Positions 33,983-43,023 of a stretch of DNA of 44,937 nucleotides are shown piece after piece. The notes beneath the pieces were generated by a model. That model made no database searches. It saw nothing but the letters and a program-made list of their open reading frames with translations, and was not told the origin of the DNA. Location of the stretch: assembly GCA_025700225.1 (NCBI GenBank), contig GCA_025700225.1_4339.1; one strand, 5' to 3'. Each line of letters opens with the position of its first letter. Position 1 is the stretch's first letter. The position numbers and the translations under genes were made by a program. Source of the stretch: a phage.

Positions 33983-34162
33983 TTATTCCTCAGACTTACG
34001 GCGACGACGTTTAGTACCACCGCCGTTGTTGTGCGCTTCTTCGTTATCTGGTTGCGTTGCTACAAGCTCATCTGCATCTACAACACCGCGCACTGGCATC
34101 ACCTGACCATCAACCATACCAACATGGGTGTACTTTTCGCGGATTACATAATTATCTGCCAT
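33983..34162 (-). CDS. small hypothetical protein (59 aa, basic C-terminus)
   Basis: ATG at 34162 preceded by AAGGAAAGG; ends KRRRRKSEE; below track cut-off. Confidence 0.35.
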   Translation of the reverse strand: MADNYVIREKYTHVGMVDGQVMPVRGVVDADELVATQPDNEEAHNNGGGTKRRRRKSEE

Positions 34163-34198
34163 GACCTTTCCTTATTACGGCCCCGAAGGGCCGTTGTA

Positions 34199-34549
34199 TT
34201 AAGACACAGTTGCTACAGTGCTGCTGGAGATAATATTACCATACACATCGTGAACAACCACTTTATACGTGCCTGAATCTGCGGTAGTAGTGGACGCCTT
34301 CGCATAAGAAGCAGCGTTTGCGCCAGCGATAGCGTTGTTATCTTTGTACCACTGGTAGGAGTACGGTGCCAGACCACCAGTAACGACTACGGTCAGGGTC
34401 ATAGTCTGCCCGGCGGTTACTGCCGTAGTGGCAGCCAAAGCGGTAGAAAAAGACGCAGGTGAAATGTTCACCATGTCGATTTCCAGTTGACCGTCGGCCG
34501 GACCGTCGTCAGTTACACCGGTGGTGCGACGCTTGATTACATCAACCAT
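34199..34549 (-). CDS. Ig-like domain protein (candidate capsid decoration)
   Basis: 116 aa; YQWYKDN...GTYKVVV pattern typical of Ig-like folds. Confidence 0.55.
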   Translation of the reverse strand: MVDVIKRRTTGVTDDGPADGQLEIDMVNISPASFSTALAATTAVTAGQTMTLTVVVTGGLAPYSYQWYKDNNAIAGANAASYAKASTTTADSGTYKVVVHDVYGNIISSSTVATVS

Positions 34550-34561
34550 GTTAAATCTCCT

Positions 34562-34816
34562 TTACGATTCAATTACGCCAGCGGCGCGAAGTTGCGCCAG
34601 AAGTGCGTTCAATTTAGTACCTACTGCGTTAACCGCGGTCTGCGCGGACGTAGCCACGGCAGCGGCGTCTTCGCCAGTAACGGTCTGTGATCCGATGTTC
34701 GTTACCGCAGCGCCTTTCTTAACCAGTCCAGCGGTTTCTGCCGTTGCTTCTGGCACAACACTGCTGAAATCGGTGTTCTCAAGGCTGCGCGGTAAGCCCT
34801 TTCCGGTCTTAGCCAT
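34562..34816 (-). CDS. hypothetical head protein
   Basis: 84 aa, Ala/Thr-rich; directly downstream of major capsid gene. Confidence 0.5.
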   Translation of the reverse strand: MAKTGKGLPRSLENTDFSSVVPEATAETAGLVKKGAAVTNIGSQTVTGEDAAAVATSAQTAVNAVGTKLNALLAQLRAAGVIES

Positions 34817-34875
34817 AATTTACCTCTTAGTAAATGAAAAGAGGGACCGAAGTCCCTCTCGATTATAACTTAACC

Positions 34876-35925
34876 TTAAGCCCCTACACCAGTTACCAGG
34901 AAGGCAATCGGTACATGCTTACGATCAACAACGCGGTTCCAGTTGGAGGCGTTCGACAGGTCCTGCCAGGAAGCAGAGCGGGCTACGGTTTCAGTACCGT
35001 TACCGGTGATTACCGCGCTGGTGAAGCTGTAACCCAGCGGATGCAGCAACCAGGTCTTACGGGTCCACAAGGTTTCGACGCCACCGCCGTTACCGCGAGA
35101 TGCTTCGCGCTCGTATTCCAGTGGATTAGACGGATTGCCTTCGCCATAACCGATAGCGCCGTTGCCGAAGATGATGGAGATGAACTTACGGCTAGAGCCG
35201 GTGCCAACTACAGTCATGCTGTCGTCAACAATCACACGGTAGCCCTGGTAGGTGGCAAACATGGTGTTGTTGTCGGCGTCGCGGATGAAGTCAATAAGCT
35301 GCTGCTTACGCGCCTGTGCATACACAAAGCTATGCATCGCGATTGCACCCAGCACTTCACCACCGTTACCCATCAGAGCATCGCCCATAGTCTGGGTGGC
35401 GTCGATAAACGCGCCGGAGTCGAAGCCCAGAGTTGCAGACACGTCGATAACCATGTCGTTCTGCTCGTGGTAAGCATCGGTTGCGGACACGTTGTCGTTA
35501 TACAGGCCGAGAGCGGTGGCAATCAGACGACGCTGCGCCTGACGCTGCCAGAAGTTATCCAGACGAGCGGCAACAGATTGAAGCGGGTTCTGGCTGGTCA
35601 GTTCAACGGTCAGGTCGGCCTGCCCGAAACCTTCGTTCAGATAAGCGACGCGTGCCATCATCTCGCCGGTTTGTACGTTGCGCGGGGTTGCGATGTCCTG
35701 ATACACGTCGTTCGAGTAGTTCGGCTCGATAGAGGTATCAATCGCTTTCCAGAAAGGAATATTAGCGATGTTGGACGGGCCGCGAGCAATCTCTGCAGCG
35801 TACGGGGTCGGGGTCAGGATGCCGGACTGGAAGAACGCAGTTTTCTCTACCGGGTCCTCAGTCATATAAGACAGAAGGACGGGTACGTTGCCAGTTACGA
35901 TATCGCCGATAGTGGTAATTGCCAT
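34876..35925 (-). CDS. major capsid protein
   Basis: 349 aa; follows scaffold gene; strong RBS context. Confidence 0.8.
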   Translation of the reverse strand: MAITTIGDIVTGNVPVLLSYMTEDPVEKTAFFQSGILTPTPYAAEIARGPSNIANIPFWKAIDTSIEPNYSNDVYQDIATPRNVQTGEMMARVAYLNEGFGQADLTVELTSQNPLQSVAARLDNFWQRQAQRRLIATALGLYNDNVSATDAYHEQNDMVIDVSATLGFDSGAFIDATQTMGDALMGNGGEVLGAIAMHSFVYAQARKQQLIDFIRDADNNTMFATYQGYRVIVDDSMTVVGTGSSRKFISIIFGNGAIGYGEGNPSNPLEYEREASRGNGGGVETLWTRKTWLLHPLGYSFTSAVITGNGTETVARSASWQDLSNASNWNRVVDRKHVPIAFLVTGVGA

Positions 35926-35927
35926 TA

Positions 35928-36629
35928 TTATTTCCTCAGGGCTTTAAGTTGCCGTTCAAATTCGGCAGGGTTCGATTTGTACAGAGCTAAACGCTCCGCT
36001 TCGTTCATGTCTTTAAACGCTGGTGCGGCCCCGCCGCCTTTGCCACCGGAAGCCCCGCCGCCGGAAGCTGCATTTGCTTTAATCAAATGCGAAAACGCTT
36101 TGTGTTCACGCAGGTATTTGCGGAACTGTTCAGGGTCAGTCGTGATTACATTGCCATCTGCACCGACAAACTTAGTAACCACATCATCGCCCTCAAACTC
36201 AGTCTTAACGAACGGAGCAAGAATGTCTACTGCTTCCGGTGTAATGAAGTCACCCGCGAAAGAGCCTAACACTGCTTTACGTTCGCTGCCGAGGATGCGC
36301 TCTGCCATTTTGGAGATGCGACCGTCTTTCTCGGCTAACACCGGGTCATACTGGCTACGAATCGTCTTTTCGAACTCGTCCATCTTACCAGCGGCTTTTA
36401 ACGCCTCCTGGTGTGCGCGCTGCCGTTCTTCTTCGGCCTCTTTTGCTTTACGAGCAGCTTCTTTCTTCTCGTTCAGCAATGCTTCCTGGTTAGCCTTAAG
36501 CCCGGCAACTTCTTTCTCAATCAGCGCCTGAACTTCTTCGGCTGTGTACATTTTAGGAGCGTCACCGCCACCTGATTTATCTTCTGCCCCAGCTTCTTCC
36601 TGGAACGGATAACGTAAAAAACGATTCAT
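35928..36629 (-). CDS. scaffolding protein
   Basis: about 233 aa; charged coiled-coil EEVQALIEKEVAGLKANQEALLNEKKEAARKAKEAEEERQRAHQEALK; directly upstream of capsid gene; start ATG 36629 (track extends to a TTG at 36683). Confidence 0.6.
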   Translation of the reverse strand: MNRFLRYPFQEEAGAEDKSGGGDAPKMYTAEEVQALIEKEVAGLKANQEALLNEKKEAARKAKEAEEERQRAHQEALKAAGKMDEFEKTIRSQYDPVLAEKDGRISKMAERILGSERKAVLGSFAGDFITPEAVDILAPFVKTEFEGDDVVTKFVGADGNVITTDPEQFRKYLREHKAFSHLIKANAASGGGASGGKGGGAAPAFKDMNEAERLALYKSNPAEFERQLKALRK

Positions 36630-36711
36630 AGTCAGTATGTCCCCTGGACGTTGGAATCCGGGCCACCCGGATTTACATGTCAAGAATAAATTATTCCAAC
36701 ATGCAAGGCAA

Positions 36712-36975
36712 CTATTCCAGAATATTCCTTACATAATCCTGCAACATGAACACTTTCAGACGCAGTTGCCGTACACATTCGGCGTTCTGGACATCAATAG
36801 CTAAATCCTCGTCAGCGTCGTTACTTGGTGAGGCCAGCTTGCACGGAGGCTGCATCATCGTCGTATCCGGGGATGGAATTAGCGTTTGCGACGGCGCGAG
36901 ATTTGAGCAGGACGCGAGCATCATCGAAAGTGCACACGCTGCGGCCGGGCGTTTTAATGTACTTAACGACTTCAC
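36712..36975 (-). CDS. Rz1: o-spanin (Rz1-like outer-membrane lipoprotein), overlapped with Rz
   Basis: 87 aa in the +1 frame of Rz; lipobox LASC after signal peptide; Pro-rich mature region; GTG start with GAGG. Confidence 0.55.
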   Translation of the reverse strand: MKSLSTLKRPAAACALSMMLASCSNLAPSQTLIPSPDTTMMQPPCKLASPSNDADEDLAIDVQNAECVRQLRLKVFMLQDYVRNILE

Positions 36976-37207
36976 GGGTGATTACCTCAGATTCAGTCTT
37001 GCCTTTGGAATCGGCGGCGGCGGCCTTAGATTCATCCTGCTGCTGCCGTTGTGTTTTCTTCGCTAACTCAGCCTGTGCTTTCCGCTGTTGCTGCGAAACG
37101 AGATTCGCCCGACCTTCGTTCCAGCCGCTGCGATACTGGTAGATTCCGTAGCCGTATGTCAGGAGGATGAAACATGCTCCTGCTACGACAGTTGCGTTAA
37201 GATTCAT
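36821..37207 (-). CDS. Rz: i-spanin (Rz-like)
   Basis: 128 aa; N-terminal TM VVAGACFILLTYGYGIY, then Gln/Ala/Lys-rich periplasmic coiled-coil; RBS AAAGGAGAAAC. Confidence 0.65.
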   Translation of the reverse strand: MNLNATVVAGACFILLTYGYGIYQYRSGWNEGRANLVSQQQRKAQAELAKKTQRQQQDESKAAAADSKGKTESEVITREVVKYIKTPGRSVCTFDDARVLLKSRAVANANSIPGYDDDAASVQAGLTK

Positions 37208-37229
37208 GTTTCTCCTTTCTCGATAAGTA

Positions 37230-37255
37230 AAGCCCCGCCCTAAAGCGGGGCGCTA
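37230..37255 (-). terminator. GC hairpin upstream of Rz (attenuator/terminator on minus strand)
   Basis: stem gccccgc/gcggggc; on the minus strand followed by TTTACTTATC and then the Rz RBS. Confidence 0.45.
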
Positions 37256-37310
37256 GTCCTTATCATTTAAACATAGAAACGGCGTAATCTTAAGATAATT
37301 CTCAGACAAG

Positions 37311-37455
37311 TAGACTGGCGGCCTTCCGGATACGTCAGCGGAACTACACTCAGTGCTTACGCACCGCTCCGTTCCCTGCCGCAACGCGGTCGCTTGCGAT
37401 AACTCACAAGCTCAGGTGGAGCTTAGCATATTTTTAGTGAAAAGTCAACTATTAG
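37311..37455. repeat. conserved ~140-bp non-coding element, copy B
   Basis: about 85% identical to 4893-5035, same orientation; stem positions covary. Confidence 0.6.
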
Positions 37456-37504
37456 AATAGTTTTATTCCATTTTTACAATTGAGTGTAATAATTGGAATA
37501 GTCG

Positions 37505-37556
37505 GTATCTGTGCTTGCGTACACCAATATAATAGGGTACTATTCACTTATCGAAA
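37505..37556. promoter_or_regulatory. promoter-operator motif copy (near-identical to 4676-4721, inverted)
   Basis: TATAAT at 37527-37532 facing the plus gene at 37578; TAATAG-N5-CTATTC palindrome. Confidence 0.55.
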
Positions 37557-37577
37557 CGAGAGATAAGGAACTTAAAT

Positions 37578-37790
37578 ATGAAAGAATTAATTATCGCGAT
37601 ATTGCTGACATTGGCAGTTTCACTGGTAATTGCTGCTGGTATACGTAGCTTAGATAAACACGGGTGTGAGAACTACGGAGATATCACAGGCCGAGAGGTA
37701 ATGTATAGTTACACAACTTGTTATGTAAAAACTGATAGGGGGTTTATCCCTCGTGAAGAACTTAATTTTAGAGCAGCGACACATGAATAA
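37578..37790 (+). CDS. small membrane-anchored protein (moron)
   Basis: 70 aa; N-terminal TM/signal MKELIIAILLTLAVSLVIAAG; RBS AAGGAA; lone plus-strand gene with own promoter and terminator inside the leftward virion operon. Confidence 0.6.
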   Translation: MKELIIAILLTLAVSLVIAAGIRSLDKHGCENYGDITGREVMYSYTTCYVKTDRGFIPREELNFRAATHE

Positions 37791-37792
37791 AA

Positions 37793-37820
37793 CTAAGGCC
37801 CCATAACGGGGCCTTTTATC
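37793..37820. terminator. bidirectional intrinsic terminator
   Basis: stem aaggcccc/ggggcctt, loop ataac; followed by TTTTATCATT. Confidence 0.65.
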
Positions 37821-38280
37821 ATTCCGGCTTAGTAACCTTCGCCGCTTTACTCACGGCCTCTACGCCATCGGCATCGGTAACTTTCACGAAGTATTCGCCT
37901 ACCGCGTTTACTGTCAGAGACAAAGCCTCTTCTGGCGCGTTGACAACTTCCTTCCCGTCTTTGTACCAGGTCAGTGAATACGGCGCTTTACCCGCCTTAA
38001 CTTCTACCGTGATTACCGCACTTCCGTCTACCAGTTCCGCGTCTTTCGGTTGCACAGAGAAATACACGTCACCAGCGTCTTCCAGATACGGAATCTCGTA
38101 GAGCATACCCGCTGCCGTTAGCGCAATACCGGTTTTATCTGCGTACGGCATCTCGTCTACAGGTGTACCCAGTACACTTTCATCTTCAACGTAGGTCACG
38201 TTCTCGCCGGAGCCTGACACGCGGGCGTACTGGACAACACGGCGCGACGGAACATCGGTTACTTTGAAAAAGCCCATCAT
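37819..38280 (-). CDS. Ig-like domain virion protein
   Basis: 153 aa; C-terminal YSLTWYKDGK...GEYFVKVTDADG resembles Ig-like domains. Confidence 0.55.
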   Translation of the reverse strand: MMGFFKVTDVPSRRVVQYARVSGSGENVTYVEDESVLGTPVDEMPYADKTGIALTAAGMLYEIPYLEDAGDVYFSVQPKDAELVDGSAVITVEVKAGKAPYSLTWYKDGKEVVNAPEEALSLTVNAVGEYFVKVTDADGVEAVSKAAKVTKPE

Positions 38281-39323
38281 TATTCCCCTTTCAGATAATC
38301 AGCAACACGTTTATCGAGTTCCGCCATCTGCTTAAGCGTCAGCGGATTCCCGAAACCATCTACAGATATTACGCGAAACTCTTCCGGCGATATACCGCTG
38401 TTGCGGAAAATCTTACCGCGCACCGGGCCTAACGCCTGGTCCTGAAACCACGCTGGTTGTTGCTTAAGGAACTCATAGTAAGTGGTGTCCGCGCTTACTT
38501 GCGTACCGCCATCAGCGCCCCTAGCCGCACGTTTTGCGCCAGCGTCGAGAAAATCGAACTCTGAACTGATTACGGGTGCTGTGGTACTTCGGCAGTTCGG
38601 ATGGGCTGGGGGCATAGGGCCTTTACCAATTTCCCATGTCATGCCATCTCTGGCCCTGCATATTGTGCTGGTACGGCTGTCCAGCGTAGACACCCACTCG
38701 TATTTCTCAATGATGTCGCTGTTCTGCCTGTAAGTCTCGTTGCGGGCTTCGTTAGATATGTGCGAAAGCGCGGTGCGGATTACGGTAGCGGCATTGCGTT
38801 CGGAGATGTCCGCCAGTCCGCCAGAGCCGACCACACTTTTAACAATCTGCCGTGTTGTCTGGCCCTGTACAAAGCCCATCTTAACGCCAGTTATGAGGCG
38901 TGATACCTCCGTTTCACCCCAGCCTTCCATCAGTTTAGTGAAATCAACTGGCTTGTCGTTTAGCGCCAGTGGTTGAAACACGGCGGCGGACCACACCTGT
39001 TCAGCGGTCGGGGTAACAAATTCCGCATTAACGTTAGCCGTGAGTGTCTTCACATTCCACTCAGCCTCATACGCTGCAAGCTCCTTAAGGTCTTCTGTCA
39101 ACTTCGTTTGCCAGCCACCCGTAAGCCCTGTCAGCGCTTCTTCCAGGTCGCGTAACAGTTTATTCAGCCGCGCGGTGCTTCTCCCGTCGTCACCGAACAA
39201 TAGCACCTGCCGTTTGATTTCGTCGCGCATCTCCTGAATGAAAGGCGCAAGGTCTTTCACTTCACCAGATGCGTTGCGTTGCAGCCAAATCTGGTGGCTG
39301 ATTAAGGATGTTAGTAAGCTCAT
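38280..39323 (-). CDS. head morphogenesis protein (Mu F / SPP1 gp7 family)
   Basis: 347 aa; conserved STLDSRTSTICRARDG...HPNCRST signature of the minor head protein family; follows portal. Confidence 0.85.
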   Translation of the reverse strand: MSLLTSLISHQIWLQRNASGEVKDLAPFIQEMRDEIKRQVLLFGDDGRSTARLNKLLRDLEEALTGLTGGWQTKLTEDLKELAAYEAEWNVKTLTANVNAEFVTPTAEQVWSAAVFQPLALNDKPVDFTKLMEGWGETEVSRLITGVKMGFVQGQTTRQIVKSVVGSGGLADISERNAATVIRTALSHISNEARNETYRQNSDIIEKYEWVSTLDSRTSTICRARDGMTWEIGKGPMPPAHPNCRSTTAPVISSEFDFLDAGAKRAARGADGGTQVSADTTYYEFLKQQPAWFQDQALGPVRGKIFRNSGISPEEFRVISVDGFGNPLTLKQMAELDKRVADYLKGE

Positions 39324-39391
39324 AAATAACCCTGTGGCGCTAAAGTTAATAGCATACTATAAGAAAGCCCCTTTCGGGGCTACAGGTGAAC

Positions 39392-40873
39392 TTATTGCTG
39401 GGCGGCGTCCTGCTGTTGCGCCGACTGCGGAATCTCGCCAGTTACCTGAGTAACCGCACCCAACGGCACAGGAGCGTCCTCAATCGCTGTTGTAATCTCC
39501 TCGTCGGTCCAGTCAGTCACCCCGGCCTTACGCAACGCGGCGTAGTAAGCAGTTGCAGGTAGTAAACCGGCGTTAATGTCCGCCATCCACTGCGCACGGT
39601 CTTGCGCGGTCATCGGTTGCAGGAAGAATTCCATATTCAGCTTGAACTCAATCTCCGTGCCTTCGCGTAGCCCCAGCATAGCAGCTACCCAACGCAACGC
39701 CTCTGTGTACGCCATGCTTACGTTACGTGCAATGGTTGCCATTACGGACGTATCAGCGCCGCGTTGCAGGCGGGCAGATTCAGCGGTGATTTGCTGCGTC
39801 GGGGTGATAAGCTGCGCGCCAATCTGGATTGCCTGATTCTCTTTATCCAGCATGTTCTGCTTGGCAAGGTTGTTCTCTCCTGCCTGAACCAGAAACGCAT
39901 TGCCGCCGTAGCCGATGTTATGGCCCGAACGCGACCCCATGCGCACACCGTGTGGGTTAGCTTCTTTCCACTGTTTCATGCTCATATTCTCACCGGGGGC
40001 GATGAACAGAGTTGGCTGACCCACAACGAAGCTGGATTCCTCATTGTCCGCGCTGTTACGGAAATGCCCAATATTAAGCTCGGCCAACGGCAGCAAAGGT
40101 GCATCGTCAATGGTTGCATCGTTGTTGCTTGCACCAATGAACGTGAACGGGATTTTGCCGCGCAACTGTTCGCCGAGTTCCGGGAATATTTCAATTACGT
40201 CTCCCTGGGCACCACCTTCGGCGTCGAAGCGGTAAATGCGCTGGCGGTAGCGCCCGTCAATCAAATCGAGAACGCGGTATTGCTCACCGAATTTGGTCTC
40301 AAATTCCGCGCCAGGCTCAGAGTATTCCCACACCTCGCGCAACACAACCATTGTCACGCGGTTAACTGAACCAACGCGAGTCAGCCGCCAGTTGATGATG
40401 TTCTCTGCGGTATAGAATGCGATGACCGGGTTTAATAACCCTGCGTTCTGTTCGGCTGCCGTTGCGGCGGCGGTCTCCGGGGCGTCCACCAGCAACCCGC
40501 CACGGCCTATCGAGTTAATCTCCATCAGCGTATCCTGCGCGTGCTGCCACAGCCCGACACCTGAACCGTCAGCATTGTGCAACAGGTACTCAAGTTCAGG
40601 CGGGATAATCTGCTCAGGGTCTTTGCGCATCACTGACCCCGTCATCCCCGCCAGCGTGCGTTTGGTGAAATTGTAGCAGATAGCGCCGTTCTCGTATTCT
40701 TCCTGTCGCTGTGCTGCGTAGGTCTGGTCAGGCTCGTTCTTCCCGACGTTGCGCAGATAGCGGATAAGGTCGCCTTCAAGAGCGTGGCGTACCTTCTGCC
40801 ATTTATCGAAGTGATGCAGCCATTCCCGGTGTTTTGTCTTAACACCCTGATTCTGACCGTTCATAGTTAACAT
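39392..40873 (-). CDS. portal protein
   Basis: 493 aa; immediately downstream of large terminase and upstream of the Mu F-like gene. Confidence 0.78.
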   Translation of the reverse strand: MLTMNGQNQGVKTKHREWLHHFDKWQKVRHALEGDLIRYLRNVGKNEPDQTYAAQRQEEYENGAICYNFTKRTLAGMTGSVMRKDPEQIIPPELEYLLHNADGSGVGLWQHAQDTLMEINSIGRGGLLVDAPETAAATAAEQNAGLLNPVIAFYTAENIINWRLTRVGSVNRVTMVVLREVWEYSEPGAEFETKFGEQYRVLDLIDGRYRQRIYRFDAEGGAQGDVIEIFPELGEQLRGKIPFTFIGASNNDATIDDAPLLPLAELNIGHFRNSADNEESSFVVGQPTLFIAPGENMSMKQWKEANPHGVRMGSRSGHNIGYGGNAFLVQAGENNLAKQNMLDKENQAIQIGAQLITPTQQITAESARLQRGADTSVMATIARNVSMAYTEALRWVAAMLGLREGTEIEFKLNMEFFLQPMTAQDRAQWMADINAGLLPATAYYAALRKAGVTDWTDEEITTAIEDAPVPLGAVTQVTGEIPQSAQQQDAAQQ

Positions 40874-40885
40874 TGAATAATCCTC

Positions 40886-42136
40886 TTAAAGTGCGAAAGT
40901 CACCGGGATGTTGATTACTGGTTTAACCACCGGCATCTCGTAAACTACAGGATAGCCGAGAGCGTCCGCCATATGGTCAATGACGCCGTCTTTAGCTGGC
41001 TCTCCGTTATCATCGTATGCCTGCTGCTCCAGCGTCTTGGCTATCTCAGGGCATAAGTGGTCGTTAACCCACAGCTTACCTTTTTCCAGCGCGGTATTCA
41101 CGGCTAAAACACGGTCTTTAACCGGGGGGTTGGCAGATTTAGCGCGAACATCAAACCCGGCCTGCTGGAGTAATGCAATATCTGAGATTGATGCCGAGTT
41201 TGTCTTGCGGTTCTTGCCGCTGGCGTCGGGGTAAACGACGATACGGTGGCCTTGCGACTTCCACTTCTCGGTAATTACACGCACGGTATCCGGCGTATCG
41301 AACAGGCCTTTCAGTTCTGCTACCGCGTGCCAGCCGTCCTTACGTTGCACATAAACGGCGCTCGCGTTCTTCGTAACGTTGAAGTCCTGCCCGATGTACA
41401 AAGTGTCACCCGGTTGAATTGTCTCTTTGCTGCGGTGCTTACGGCGGTCGTATGCATAATACACGCTGCCGGAGGTCAGGTTGACGAACTCACCATTCAG
41501 ATACGCGTTAATCAACTGCGCCGGGTAGGTCTCTGTCAGCGAGCTAATATAATCCGACGGCAGGAATCGCGCATTCTCGTGAGTTGACGCCTGCACCATT
41601 GAGTAACTTGGCGTCGGGTTCTCTTTGAACTTGGCATAGACGAACTTGAACCCTTCCGGCGTCGTGGTGACGGAGATGTGGTTAATTACACCAGGAATAA
41701 CAAGACGCATACGGGCGACGATTTTGTTCCACGCCAGTTCAGCTTTCTCGCGGCTCAATACATCGAGCTCATCCACGCATGCTGCGGCGATTTTGAAACC
41801 CACAATCGAACCGGGGTTATCCATCGAACGACAGATAACCGTTCCTAGCACCGTCTTACCGCGAGTAACCACGACTTCTTTGTCGCCGGATTTAACCAGC
41901 ACATCAAGGCCGAGCAGGTTAGCCGCTTCCTCGAATGTCGGGTAGAAGATGTCACGTATGGCCGGGTATGTCGGGCCGAAGTAGCCCAGGCGCGTACCGG
42001 GGTGCTTGAGCATAAACGTAAGCAGGTCAAGGCAGCCGACAAACGTCTTGCCGCTGCCGAAGCCGCCGACATAGGCCTTATATTTGTTATCACAATTCAG
42101 GAACAGCGCCTGTGGTGCGGATAGCTGAATACTCAT
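40886..42136 (-). CDS. terL: terminase large subunit
   Basis: 416 aa; Walker A GGFGSGKT, Walker B AACVDELD, C-terminal nuclease region. Confidence 0.88.
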   Translation of the reverse strand: MSIQLSAPQALFLNCDNKYKAYVGGFGSGKTFVGCLDLLTFMLKHPGTRLGYFGPTYPAIRDIFYPTFEEAANLLGLDVLVKSGDKEVVVTRGKTVLGTVICRSMDNPGSIVGFKIAAACVDELDVLSREKAELAWNKIVARMRLVIPGVINHISVTTTPEGFKFVYAKFKENPTPSYSMVQASTHENARFLPSDYISSLTETYPAQLINAYLNGEFVNLTSGSVYYAYDRRKHRSKETIQPGDTLYIGQDFNVTKNASAVYVQRKDGWHAVAELKGLFDTPDTVRVITEKWKSQGHRIVVYPDASGKNRKTNSASISDIALLQQAGFDVRAKSANPPVKDRVLAVNTALEKGKLWVNDHLCPEIAKTLEQQAYDDNGEPAKDGVIDHMADALGYPVVYEMPVVKPVINIPVTFAL

Positions 42137-42678
42137 TCCTCTACCTCACCCATATTCGTTGTTACGATTTTACCTACAGGCTCCGCGACACTGAAAATAA
42201 TCTCAGTCGGTGCTGTTTCTTCGGTGGATTCAACTGGTTTCTCTTTGCTAAGGCCCAGCTTAGCCGCCGCAAATGTAGCGGAGATGCCCGCGGCGCCTGT
42301 CTCGGTGAAATACGCCTCTTCCAGTGCCTGTGCGGTTTCATAGGCTTCGGCAAACGCCGGAATCTCGCGCAGCCACAGCTTAATAATCGGGATAGTGACG
42401 CCGATATGTAAGGCGAAGCGGGCCAGTGACGGGGGTTTATCCTGAATAAGCGGTCGTTCATCACCCTTGGACGTAGGTACGAGTTCCCATGAGTTGCGGT
42501 CAAAGAACCGGATTAACTCATCGCAATAATCCGGGTCCCACAATGCAGCAGAATTACGGGAAGACTGGTAAAGGCTCTGTTTGCCGCGCGGTCGTTTACG
42601 GCGACGATTGGCGCTAACCGCCTCTTCATGTGCAGCTTGCACCACCTCAGGTGATGGTTGCTTAAGTGTAAGTTTCAT
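42133..42678 (-). CDS. terS: terminase small subunit (putative)
   Basis: about 181 aa from ATG 42678 with GGGGG RBS (track extends to 42717); basic N-terminal region; position directly upstream of terL. Confidence 0.55.
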   Translation of the reverse strand: MKLTLKQPSPEVVQAAHEEAVSANRRRKRPRGKQSLYQSSRNSAALWDPDYCDELIRFFDRNSWELVPTSKGDERPLIQDKPPSLARFALHIGVTIPIIKLWLREIPAFAEAYETAQALEEAYFTETGAAGISATFAAAKLGLSKEKPVESTEETAPTEIIFSVAEPVGKIVTTNMGEVEE

Positions 42679-42769
42679 ATAACCCCCTGACATATGCGTC
42701 TGACCATCAGAGCGCATCAGACGCGCCCTACGCGTCTAAAGGGATTATATAAGGGGATTGGGCGGGATG

Positions 42770-42796
42770 TACAGAAAAGCCCTCCGTAGAGGGCTT
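42770..42796 (-). terminator. intrinsic terminator after the leftward early gene cluster
   Basis: stem agccctc/gagggct; on the minus strand followed by TTTTCT; separates small early genes from the terminase operon. Confidence 0.6.
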
Positions 42797-42801
42797 GATG
42801 G

Positions 42802-43023
42802 TCAGACCGAGGTCCAGCTTATACTATTCAGGACATGCGGGCTTTTAGTTCTCTTTACCAGGCCTCTTTTCTCCATATCCTTAAGCTTACGAAGAACAGA
42901 TGCTGTGTCTAAATTGCGGTATTTATAAGATAATATGTTGCGGATATAGTAAGTTGGTTCCCCGTTGCGTATCTTACCCACACAATCAAGGACATCCGCA
43001 TCCAATATTAGTGAAATTTTCAT
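42802..43023 (-). CDS. hypothetical protein, possible winged-helix DNA-binding
   Basis: 73 aa; LDTASVLRKLKDMEKRGLVKR resembles a recognition helix plus wing. Confidence 0.45.
   Translation of the reverse strand: MKISLILDADVLDCVGKIRNGEPTYYIRNILSYKYRNLDTASVLRKLKDMEKRGLVKRTKSPHVLNSISWTSV

Noticed and set aside
34834-36531. 565-aa ORF on the plus strand
   Set aside because: Antisense to the major capsid and scaffold genes, Arg/Ala-rich with no recognisable motif; the sense-strand genes have clear RBSs and products.
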